Source: Callorhinchus milii
Taxonomy: Eukaryota
Assembly: GCF_018977255.1 (NCBI RefSeq)
Contig: NW_024704744.1
Coordinates: forward strand, 97,340,001-97,404,000
DNA: 64,000 nt
Reading direction: 5' to 3'
Part shown: positions 53,203 through 64,000 of the stretch, piece by piece
How positions within the stretch are numbered: the first letter of the stretch is position 1
Layout of the letters: each line of letters starts with the position of its first letter
Translations under genes and position numbers: made by a program
The notes under the pieces: model-generated
Seen by the model: the letters and a program-made list of their open reading frames with translations, nothing else
Told to the model about the DNA's origin: nothing
The model's database searches: none

Positions 53203-53284
53203 GTGAGTTGTGTTTTTTTTAAAAGCAAAAACCTTTTGAGAATTCTGGGGCTCTCGTGAAATCATACAACACAAAAGGGGGGGA

Positions 53285-53533
53285 AAAAAAAAGTTCTACC
53301 TGGGACTAGATTCACTTTATTTACGTAGCATTTCAGACCGTCCAGAATTTGGCAAATTGTTGAATTGTCTCGACTTTGAAGTCGCTTTTCTGCAGTTCTG
53401 AGAGGAAACGTTAAATCGTACAAATGGAACAGAATGAAGTCAAATGAAATTAGGACTGGATTTAAGAATTTGCATAATTTTGGATCCTTTGAAATGAAGT
53501 CCAATAGAGCAAACCTAGTCCCAGGTGGAATTT
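53285..53533. mobile_element. MITE with terminal inverted repeats
   Basis: aagttctacctgggactag ... ctagtcccaggtggaattt. Confidence 0.7.
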
Positions 53534-53868
53534 ATAACCTCCGAATGTGCTAAAGAATGCATTTGTAAGAAATTTTGCTAATTGCCGTGTTTTTTTTCGG
53601 CGCGTAAAGAAATCGGTTAAGAAAATGGTGCGTTTTTAGACGAGTGCGCTGGGTTAAAATGTTGAAGAATCGCCTCCCTGTGTATGGTTTCCTGGACACG
53701 TCTATTCTGATTTATGTTTGTCTGTCTAGTGGATTGAATGCATGGACAGTTCTTGTGTTGAGGGTACTATAGGTCAGGTTGTAGAGCAGAACTGGCCTTG
53801 TCATGTTGAACGTACAGACTGTCAGGTTGGCAGTCTGCGCTGATTTCATGCTGTATTGACCTTTTCAG

Positions 53869-53992
53869 CAAAAATGAAGAATCGTAAGGAAGGGCTTGTT
53901 GTCCTCTTCAATCTACTGGATTTCCCCAGCTGGAAAGAAAACTACACTGTATGGAAGCGATTGATAAAACAAATGAAGTATGCAGTGACAGA
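53869..53992 (+). CDS. TAF1A: TAF1A coding exon 8
   Basis: KNRKEGLVVLFNLLDFPSWKENYTVWKRLIKQMK; ttttcag/gtgcgt; phases consistent. Confidence 0.93.
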
Positions 53993-54151
53993 GTGCGTAC
54001 CTGTTTACTAAAGTGCCTCATACTGATGTGTACCGGATGATTCTCGTTTCCCCCGACCCCCACCCACACTACCCACACCACCACCCACCCCGATTAAAAC
54101 GCAGTGATATGGGTCCACAATCTCCGAGCCTGAGTTATAAGGAGGAACGCT

Positions 54152-54320
54152 AAATAATAATCCTTGCATTCGATACAGCGCCTTATCATGACTTCGAGGC
54201 GTCTCAAAGCGTTTCATGGAATAGACTGTAAAGTGAATTGACTGTGTATTTTGTGGATGAAACGCAGCAGCCAATTGCGCACAGCAGCGTCCCCACAAAC
54301 AGCCGTGGGACCAAATTGTT
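54152..54320 (-). mobile_element. SINE 3' half
   Basis: Tail and Deu-like segment only. Confidence 0.8.
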
Positions 54321-54722
54321 ATTAAGACTTAATGGTCAACTTCTGGGTCTTTGCTGACGTTGCGTCCTTTGCCTGGTGTGCATACACTGGAAGTGACATC
54401 GGCGGCGATCTGAAGGACCGGAAGTTGGTGGGGTTTTTTAGCACAGGAAGCCCCAGTCCACGCTACTAGATAGAGGCGCAAGGCATGTCCGGTAACCACG
54501 GGTGCACTGGACATCCCCGTTGTAATTAAACTCACACTCCGGCTAGCTGAAGAGCTTGGAGACATTCTGACGTTATCGGCGCTGTGTCAAATGCGAGGAT
54601 TATATTATTTATTACCCACGGTGGGTACCCGGGAGGGTTGAGGACAAGTGGCTCACCAAATAACCCAGTTTACAATCTCGAGGCGTGTTTTGAGACGGGG
54701 ATTCTTGCGTATTCCCCGACAG

Positions 54723-54877
54723 GAGACACGCCAGCTGGATGGGAGAGCAGTGGCAGCTTCGGCAGAATTGGTGGCCTGCGTTCCACTTCAGTGAACGCCA
54801 AGCACGGAGGAATTTCGAAGCGAACGCGAGCTTCGCCTACAGGAAAGCAACGGTTGCTGGACTCCTCATGGGGAAAG
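54723..54877 (+). CDS. TAF1A: TAF1A coding exon 9
   Basis: HASWMGEQWQLRQNWWPAFHFS...RKATVAGLLMGK (NWWP.FHFS motif); cag/gtaacg. Confidence 0.95.
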
Positions 54878-56362
54878 GTAACGAGCCATCTTAAAAAAAA
54901 AGAGAGGAAATGAATGAATGAATGAACTTAAAACGAGTGCTACGGTGTCCAAACAAAGTCTGTGCGCGTCACCTTTAGGTTTTATGGCCGTAGGATTCCC
55001 ACCCCTTCTCCTAAGCCCCCCACCCCCCACCCCCCCAGCTCCCAGAGTCCGGGATATGATGCTACAAGCAGTAACAACTCTCCAGCAGTTCTCCCCTGTG
55101 TGAGCTGAGGTCGTGGGTGTAGTCTTTGTTATTGTGATCGGACCCGTTTACGTCTTTCAATTTCTCCTCGAGTTGTCAGCAGTGACGTTTTTGTTCTGGA
55201 GAGAAAGGGGGAGAGAAAAATATTAAGTGAGCCTGACTGCTGGAAGAAACGTCTTGTTGACCCGCCAGTTCCCCAGAGACAAGGCCAAGGAGTGAGCGTT
55301 ACTGTGGAAAGGGGGTCAGGGGTGGGGGGGGTGGGAGAGGGTGAACGGGTGGAAATATGGAACTAAAGCGCTATAGATGAGCTAGAATTGGACGGTGTCT
55401 GTCTGGGTTAGTCCCAGGTGTGATACCGTCTAATTCTGTTGTCTTTATGGGAATTTTTTGGGGGGAAAAAAACAGTGAGTTTACTTTGTCAGATTTTAAA
55501 AGAAAAAAAAGTTTTTCCAGCTGTAATAACTTGATCAATATTTCTGCCCGGAATGGGCTGCCACCCATTCCACATCCGGGTGTTGTCGCATCTCAAATCT
55601 TTCTCCTCTCTCGCCCTTTTTGAGGGTATTTTTCTTCCTGCTGTATTTCGAATAGAGGGCAGTGAGTGAGAGAGAGAGGAGATCTTTAAGATCAGGTTCG
55701 CTCTGATGGTTATTATACCTAACCAAATTGGGATGGAAAAGAAATTCACCGATCGGACTACAGCAGGAAGACAGGATGGGTTCTCCTCCCGGGAGCTGGA
55801 AACACAGAACATCGTCAAAGACATTACAATAAAAGCAGACCATCCCAAAACCTGAGCTCCTACAGGGGATAGCCCTGCGTTTACAAATGTTTTCAGCAGC
55901 CGTGCTTTCAAGGAGGGAGCCATTAATCCGGCTCCGGTGTGTGAATGTCGCTTTATTGTCAGGTATTGTGTACTTCCATTGGGGGTGTCAATCACTGCAG
56001 AATTTCATCCCGTGTGCACACTACCCAGCATTGACATTGTCGCCTGGCATCTGCCCAGCCACTGGGTTCATGCCAAGTAGTTTTAGTATGAATTGGCTGT
56101 CATAATCTGTGCCAGGAGGATTTGCAGTCATAATTCATGGGTTCCTAGAGCTCTGTATTTGTTGAGCGCTGTGCCAGGAACTCGATAGCAAATCCGTGAC
56201 ACAGCCCTTGCAGCATATTAGAGAGCTCTCCCCGTATGTAGGTTTTGATCAAAGCTAAAGTACAATTGTGCGCGGAATTGACGAGCGATTCCCACGTTAC
56301 AGTTTTTGCACGAATAAATCAATCCGTTTAATAAGCGGCTTTATAGGTGCAGAAATCATTGC

Positions 56363-56535
56363 AATAATAATAATACTTGCGTTTGATACAGCGCCTTAAC
56401 ACGTCTTCGAGACGTCTCAAAGCGCTTCACGGAACATACTGTATAAAGTGTAGTGACTATATTTTGTGGGCGAAACACAGCAAGCCAACGGCGCACAGCA
56501 GCGTCCCCATACAAACAGTCGTGGATTGAATGACC
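56363..56535 (-). mobile_element. SINE 3' half
   Basis: Tail and Deu-like segment only. Confidence 0.8.
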
Positions 56536-57777
56536 GGCTTTGTGTAAAGGCTGACACTATGCACGTAATATCAGAGCTGTCTCCCCAATTTTATGAGAGC
56601 GGATACAGTATGGGAAATACAAGAGATTGTTCGACCCCGAAGTGCTGAACAAGGAACTTGGCAGCTCCCCTCTCATCGGCACAGCTTGCTTTTGCTCTCA
56701 GATCCTGACCCCCCTCCCCCTACCGCCCCCCCCCCACACACCATTAGGTGGGGTGCATCTTAGGTGGGCTACTTATTCCACTTCGGTCGCTTTGAAATTT
56801 TTACCGAGACTTTAACCCACCGCGACCCACGTGAGAGAGAATTGACAGCTTTTACTTTGCGTGAATTAGAAGCCGCCTTCAACCGAATTTCACATCCGTA
56901 AAGAGTTTTCTTGACGTATCCCCGAGAGTTACAGATGTTGTTTCTGCCTGTTGACCAGCGTAAACGCTGATGGCACTGTTTCGTCTAGTTTTCCAACTGC
57001 CGGTAAGGACACGCTTTAAGATCCCTTAAATATTCTGAAACGGGTGCAGCAACAGCAGAAAAGGAGCGTGAGGTGATTTCGAAAAAGGACCGAATGACCT
57101 TTGCTGCGAATCTTAAGGCCTTGAGCAAAACCCGTCGTTAACCTTGCTGCTGAGCAGATGTTAGTTTAGTCTGGGAGCAATTAAACCAAATTGTGCTTAT
57201 CAGTGAGATCCGCTCACTTTTGTTTTTGTCCGTTCCAGATGCGCGCAGCCGAGTTCTGATGCCTGACAGCGGGAATATGATTCCCTGTGTATTTTTGTTC
57301 AATTAAAGCATATCTGGGTAAAACAAAACTCTTGTTTTACACAGATATGCTTTAATCGAACAAAAATACACAGGGAAGAATAAAGAAGCTGCATCAGGTT
57401 TAAGAAAATGGGAATTTTTCGAGGTTTTTTTTTTCTGGTCGTTTTTCTTTTAAGCAATATTTCTCGACTTTGAGAAATAACACAGCCCCAATGTCACCAG
57501 CTCCCTCTAACCCAATAAACCTAGATATTGCAGTGGAGTAATAATATTAATCATCCTTACGTTTGGTATAGCACATAGGACATTTCGTGTCGGGAGGACG
57601 TCTCAAAGAGCTTTACAGAATATACTGTAAATTACAGTGACTGATTTTATTGCTGAATGAGGCTTTGATAGCCTACGCACAAAGTCAAGTCAGTACAGAC
57701 TGGAAACCTGGACCTTACCTATGAAACCATTTCTCTGAACTGTTTTTGGAACCACAATATTCTCTCTCCTCCTTCAG

Positions 57778-57893
57778 GTTGCAAGTACTTTATCACCGTT
57801 TACCGACTGGGACGAAAAGTTGAGAAACCAAAAATGAAGAAAATGAAGCAATACATAAAGGAACACAGTCTCAGAACACCAAGTGGCTCTTAA
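57778..57893 (+). CDS. TAF1A: TAF1A last coding exon (stop TAA 57891-57893)
   Basis: GCKYFITVYRLGRKVEKPKMKKMKQYIKEHSLRTPSGS*, after a strong acceptor. The ten exons sum to 1365 nt, in frame. Confidence 0.92.
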
Positions 57894-58205
57894 ACTGCGC
57901 CTGTGTATGAAGATACCTTTACAGAACTTTTTTTGTTTCGGAGTTTCAAGAAAACTTCTGATAAGTTGGAATTTCAATTACTCGGGTTTGTGGACGTCAA
58001 ATGGGCGCATTTTTGCTCGGCTGCCGAAGTCCGACCGGTTTGCGGGTGAACATTTTATAACATTGATTTAACGGTCCATTTCCAAAGTAGCCCTGACATT
58101 TGTTCAGCTTACCTGTCCTTGAAGATGAGACCGCAGTTCTGTCTGTGTAAGAGAGCGGACTGTACAGCTTTAATACAACGACATACTAATACTGATCAAC
58201 GTGTA

Positions 58206-58211
58206 ATTAAA
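58206..58211 (+). terminator. Candidate TAF1A polyadenylation signal (ATTAAA; alternative AATAAA at 58689)
   Basis: First polyA-signal hexamer I found after the stop codon. Confidence 0.35.
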
Positions 58212-58762
58212 TAGCTTTTTATTACAACTGGGATATCGTATGAATCAATCTACCGGTTGTACTATGAACGTTGAATGATAACTCTTTATGTTTGAAAAGG
58301 CAGAGCACCCGAGGCCATATTCTGAACCAAATGATTGCTTCCCCCTAAAATAATCTTCGCTAATAATACAGAGGAGCTTCAAGTCTCGATCTGACCGGAC
58401 ACTGATTCTGAGCTGCAGGGAGGGGGAAGGTTTGGGAAATGTTATCCATAAGCAGGGAGAAGGTGAGGATTGAAGAGTGCAGCTGAATGAATATTGTGGA
58501 GTTTTTTTTTGCTAAATGACCTGTGACGTCACAGTGTCTTTGCAGAACTTTTGCTCTGGGCAGATAGGTAAAGACCACAACAGGGTAGGTTTTGTATGGA
58601 AGAAGCAAGCTTAAAGGGTTGAATGGCTTTTCTTCTTCCGTGCTTTGTTCCAGTAAGTTCTAATGGAAGTGTTTACGTGAAAGGGAAAAATAAAAGAACT
58701 GTCCAAAGCAGCGTTGTTATTGATTGCACGATGAACGGAATAGTGCCACATGCACAACCACC

Positions 58763-59359
58763 GGAGAGAAATTCCACTTGGCTCTATTGGAGTCCTGTAG
58801 CTCAGAGGTGAGAGCGTTCGCCTTGCGAGTGGGAGGACCTGGGTTCGATTCCCGGGCAGGGCCAAACATCGGGCAAGTTTCCTTACTCCACACACACGTC
58901 CCTATTTATCCAGCAGTAAGTAGGAACCCGTTGTTTGTCAATTGACGGATCGCTTTTCCAGGGGTAGCAAATTCTTCAAAAAAAATAATAATTTGGTCAC
59001 TCAATCCCAACTGTTTGTGGGACGCTGCTGTGCACAATTGGCTGCCGTGTTTTGCCCACAAAATATACAGTCAATTCACTTTACAGTGTATTCTGCGAGC
59101 TCTTTGAGACGTCTCGAAGACGTGATAAGGCGCCCTATGAAATGCGGGGAATATTATTATTCACTCTATTTTATGCAGCAGTTTAGAGCATGCGGTATTT
59201 GGCAAATTTTCCAATTAGAGGCTTGGTTATTGAAGCGAGTTTTCTGCAAGTTGTTTTAAAAATAACTACAGAAAGCTCAGCCTGAATTCGACAACTTGTC
59301 AAAATTCTGGACACTTCTGAAATGCGAGGTAAATAAAGATCCAGGTGGAATTTCTCCCC
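58763..59359. mobile_element. MITE, same family, interrupted by a SINE
   Basis: ggagagaaattccacttgg ... ccaggtggaatttctcccc. Confidence 0.68.
58789..59160 (+). mobile_element. CORE SINE, full length, nested in a MITE
   Basis: Family match; MITE sequence on both flanks. Confidence 0.85.
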
Positions 59360-59769
59360 ACACGCCTGGCGAGTAAAGTTGTAGTTAATGATCGGAATTA
59401 AAAAGGCTGTAGTGAGGTCCTGCCAAAAGTGCTCAAGGTTATTTTCAGGCATTCTGTGTGCTAGTATAGGGAGGTGAGGACTGTTATGTTATAAAATGTA
59501 ATGTAGGAACAATGCCAGTACCAGTTGTCCTAAGTTTCCCTCCACTATATTTACACTGTCTTGTTTGCCACATAAAACCACGGTGCAAACTGTGACCACA
59601 AAACTCCAGACTTTTTCTTTTTCGCGTAAATATTTGGGTCGTTTTGAGCTTGGCAACATCAAAAAAAAAATAACCAATGCATGAATCTTAGCACTGGGTC
59701 TCCTAGCACCAGACTCTGGGGATATATATATGTGTGTGTGTGTCTGCATACAAGTCAGGCTCCACACAT

Positions 59770-60066
59770 TGCTATTGTTTAACCTCTTCCCCCCTCCCAC
59801 CATTCCCATCTCCTCCTCCTTGTTCTCCTCCTCCTCCTAACCTGCTCCACTTGAAATCCTTCAAAAAAAAAAATGCCTCCAGCGATTGGGTGTCACCAAA
59901 TAAGTGAGACAGACAGAGACGTGAGCGGTTGGTTGATTGATTGATTGAGTCGTTGCCTCCACTTTGCCTCACAGGCTGAGGACGCACGGGTCTGGCTCTG
60001 GAGAGACCAGAAAGGCGGTTAGTATTGGCCCAGCCAGTCAGTGTGGGTGTCTGCGTTGGCAGGTGA
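59770..60066 (+). promoter_or_regulatory. Probable HHIPL2 proximal promoter / 5' UTR
   Basis: Position upstream of the ATG; CT-rich tract and an inverted CCAAT box near 59886. Confidence 0.4.
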
Positions 60067-60438
60067 ATGGTGCAGGTGGTGATGACAGCCAACCTGGATC
60101 TGCTTTTCTCCCAAGGTTTGAGGGTGTTTCTCACCAGCTCGAACTCCTGGACCAGCCGGAGTGAGCCAGAGCTCAGCAGCATCTCCTTGGCTTGGCTGCT
60201 GGTGTTGGCAGCCCTTCTCCCCGTGCCTGATGTCTCTGGGCACCCCCAGTGCTTGGATTACAGACCCCCCTTCAAACCGGATTCCCAGCTGGACTTTTGC
60301 TCCCAATACGATGCCATCGGTTGCTGCGACCAGCAGAGAGATGCGGAGGTGGCGGGGAGGTACCGGAGAGTGGTGGAATGGCTTCACCTGAATGGAACTG
60401 ACCCATGTGGAGTGTTTATCAAAGAGATTCTGTGTCAA
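60067..60438 (+). CDS. HHIPL2: HHIP-like protein 2, coding exon 1 (signal peptide and start of the cysteine-rich domain)
   Basis: Hydrophobic LAWLLVLAALL, then HPQCLDYRPPF...FCSQYDAIGCCD...CGVFIKEILCQ; donor gtaagt. The start could be 60067 or the in-frame ATG at 60082. Confidence 0.92.
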
Positions 60439-62365
60439 GTAAGTGAGTCAGTCCTGGCCTTGCATTTGCACTTAACTTCTTAAACAATCCCACAGCAATC
60501 GATTCCTGTCTCTTGATTATTATTTTTTTTATTCCTTTATTAAAAAAATCTATTTCTGGTCAATACTTGTTGGAAGATATTCATCAATTGCCCAGCGAAT
60601 ACAATGTCCAATCATTTCGAGATTAAAGTTTTCTCCGGTTTAACTTTTTCTGTGCCATTTCTCCCCCACCCCGTCCCCCGAAATGTATTCCTGTTGGGGA
60701 TAAAAAGAATTGGGAGATCAATAGAATTAATTTCAGGCAATACTTACTATTGGCTGCAACATAACATACTGCGGAAAATGTGGTCGGATTTTTGCATAAC
60801 AGCAAACAAAAAATGGATTCTCTTCACATTCCACAATCTATCAAACTACATATATCTGTATTTTAAAGACTAGATTTTCTTTCTGGCTTACTAAGATTTT
60901 TGGAAAGGAACATTTATTTGCGATAGTGTGTTCTTTGCAAGCTTACTGCAATTGTTCTCTAATGGATTCTCTACCTTTAAGCTTGAGAAGTCGTACATTT
61001 ATTAAAATGAACGAGTGATTCACTTCCTGAAGGAAACAGTTTGACGACTGTTAGCCACTGTTTCAGATTTCTACGTAAGGGATTGATAAAGCAATATGTC
61101 CAACTGAACAGTACAAACTGGAGTTCACTATTGCTAAGTATTGTAAAAGTGCAGTAAACCTCACCCAGTTAGAGTGCAACTTGCTTCCGACCTAAAATTG
61201 AACCATTTTGCAATGGGTTTCACAAAGGAGAGGAAGCGTCAATATGGATTGAATGTGGTTTCCACATTGCAGAGCTGTCTTGAGGATTTGTTTCCAATTT
61301 GCTCCAATTACTTTGCAGTCCATCTTGTCTCCATGGGAGGTAAGTAATTAAACGGATGTCTGCTTTAGTTGCATCTGCTACCTCAAGACCATTCAACCTT
61401 ATTTATGTGCGCTTCTTGTTTCTTAGTTCATTCATCTGAATTCTTATTGAAGAGAAGGCAGGAACTAAGCAGAAATGCTGGCAAAGTTCTTCAATTGTGT
61501 TCTTCGACAAGAATGGGGTATTCAAGCATGTTGACGTAGATAGACAATGACTTGCCATTAATTGCGGTGAGAAGAAAGAATCCTATTGATCTAAACATTT
61601 GTCCCATAAATAAAACCTGCAGTTGTCCTGTGTATCTTAACAAACTGGTCTGTTTCAATGGTACTTGCCTTATGTTAGTCAGTAAAAGGTTGGAGATACA
61701 CTTGAATAGCTAGTGTGCACATTACTGCGCATTAATGTTCATTCGAGATGTCTAGAAGACGTGAAAAGGGCTCTATCGAATGCAAGGATTATTCTTTTCC
61801 ATTCCACTCGCAAGGAAATATCCACGTGTAGTTTGCATGGCAAATGTGGAACTGCTCAGGCTAGTTTGGACATCCTTATACACGGTGATGGGTTTTCGCA
61901 AGTGTCTTAGACTCCTGGCTGCCCATGAAATAATTATATCATTATAGGACTTGATGTGTGGTGCAGTCTACTGGGGCTCGATCCAACTGATTTAAACGTC
62001 TGAGGAAAAGTTCTGCAAAGTCCTTCTCCCGAGAAAAGGAGAAAGTGACCTTAAAATTCCACGAGTCGGCAAATTTGAAAAAAAGGAGTTTGATTTTCCT
62101 GTTGTTTTGTTTCGCCCCCAAAATACACAGTCACTCCACTTCACAGTATATCCTGCGAAGCGTTTTGAGACGTCACAACGGCCGTGATAAGGCGCTGTAT
62201 CAAAGGCAAGGATTATTCTTTTCTGGTCCGTGATCAATTGGAAAAGGCCCCGAAAGCAAAAAACTGCCGTCCCGATTAATTCAACGAATCCACTTGGTGA
62301 ATAATGCATTTTAAAAGGCCCTCCTGTTACGACAGATTTCCAGGTGTGTTTTATGTCCTCCGCAG

Positions 62366-63018
62366 GAGTGCTCCCCCTACGCGGCACACTTGTACGATGC
62401 TGAGGATCCTCTGACTCCCATGAGGAAAATTCCAGGCCTCTGCTTCAACTACTGCTCCGAGTTTCACCTGAAGTGCCCTTCGTGTATCGGTGCGCTTACC
62501 GACAACAGGCGTGTCCGAGAGTCATGCGAGGTGGACAAGGCCTCCTGCTGTAACCGGCTCCAGTTATCCGATCCTGACTACTGCTTCCCCAACGTTCTGC
62601 AGAACACAGACCTGAACCAGAACCTGGGCTCGGCCCTGGAGAACCGAGAGGGCTGCCTGCAGCTCTGCCTCCAAGAGGCGGCCAATGGCTTGAGGAACCC
62701 TGTGCTCATGATCCACGCCAACGATGACACCCACCGTTACTTCGTGGCCGAGCAGCTTGGCTTGGTGTGGGTCTATCTGCCCGACCGCACCCGGCTCGCC
62801 GAGCCCTTCCTGGACCTAACGGGCCAAGTCCTGACCACCCCGTGGTTCGGGGACGAGCGAGGGTTCCTGGGGTTGGCCTTTCACCCGAACTTCAAGAAGA
62901 ACGGCAAGTTCTACGTGTATTATTCTGTCCTGGTTGAAGGCGAGGTGGAAATAATCCGCGTAAGCGAATTGAAGGTCTCATCGCGTGACATGAACAAGGC
63001 AGATCCACGTTCAGAAAG
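62366..63018 (+). CDS. HHIPL2: HHIP-like protein 2, coding exon 2 (end of the cysteine-rich domain, start of the beta-propeller); gene continues beyond the window
   Basis: [13 protein letters not shown]...NGLRNPV...[20 protein letters not shown]...ADPRSER; cgcag/gtacaa. LTTPW and adjacency to TAF1A favour HHIPL2 over HHIPL1. Confidence 0.95.
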
Positions 63019-64000
63019 GTACAAGGATAAACCGCTCGGGATCGTTCTCGGTGTTCCTCCCCCTGCACTGCTTCCGTGACTGTCTCTGCCAAATTCTCCC
63101 CCCCCACCCCACGTGGTGATTGTTAATAGCCGATTACATTGCTAATAGCTGATTCCACACGAGGGGAGAGGGCAAACTCCCACACTGGACCCGTGTTGCT
63201 TCCTTTTCAGGTGTTAACGCTGATATAACTCCACATTCAAAGGTTTTCGCGTGATGGGGAGTTGCAATTCTCTGAGAGCCGGTTTACAGGCGCTCGGAAT
63301 ATTTTTCATCGGTCGGTAGAGACTTGATGATTAAAGCCTCTGAGATAAAAAAAAATCCGCCTGAGCTACAGTTAGTTGAGACGTCTCAAAGTAAAATTGG
63401 ATTTGTGTAGGGCTATACTGTAGTTAATTTCAGACTCAGGTACTATAAACTCTATATGAAAAGCTAAGCCATAATAAACAACTGCGACTTCCAGGATTCC
63501 AAACAATTATACAGCAAATAAGGTGGTCACCAACATGAATTTTGGTCACTGTTTGCAGGGGCAACAGATCTGCAGCAACATAATCAATGCTGATACTCTG
63601 ATAAAATACTGTGAACTTGAATGAACTCGGTAAAGGCTGAGTCCTGGAGATTTCAGTGTTGCCTTTCTCCATCTTATTGTCATTTAAATAAAGCTGCTGT
63701 GAGAAGCCGAGCCTGTGTGGAGGGCGCTACGTACGTGCGAGTTGTTGCTACAACGCAATGCAAAATTACATTTGTAATGCGCCCTTTCATGTCGAGAGGA
63801 CTTCCCAAGATGTTGAACAGTCAGGGATTAGGACCCGAGTTGGGGTGGGGGGAATAGCGCAGGCAACTGATACTTCAGAATTGTACAATTTTGAGATTCA
63901 CTGACCTCCAATTGCTCATTAGCAGCTAAGCTTAATTACTATTTGTATAGAAAATGCACAAACTGGAATTTCAACTTAAAACTGATCTTCTCTGTGTAAT

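Noticed and set aside
55656-55860. Possible alternative last exon of TAF1A with AATAAA
   Set aside because: It would add only EGSE before a stop, the sequence resembles decayed CR1 (EIFKI), and the conserved last exon is at 57778.

Overview
Vertebrate genomic DNA. The repeat content (CORE- and Deu-type tRNA SINEs, CR1/L2 LINE ends, a Penelope-type end) points to a cartilaginous fish, probably a chimaera such as Callorhinchus; this is an inference. Two spliced genes lie on the + strand. The first is a complete TAF1A (Pol I SL1 subunit), with 10 coding exons from 44056 to 57893 that join in consistent phase into a 454-aa protein. The second, about 2.2 kb downstream, is the first two coding exons of HHIPL2 (60067-63018), which continues beyond the window. 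In 1-43 kb I recognise no protein-coding exon. That region holds dense SINE/LINE debris, a decayed Gypsy element, MITEs, enhancer-like blocks and an orphan promoter-like region near 41 kb. Almost all ORFs in the supplied track are spurious. I found no CRISPR array, rRNA or genuine tRNA gene, and no clearly new biological system. The most interesting signals are repeat-derived structures around the TAF1A promoter and an unclassified repeat family. Repeat boundaries are approximate and were read by eye.
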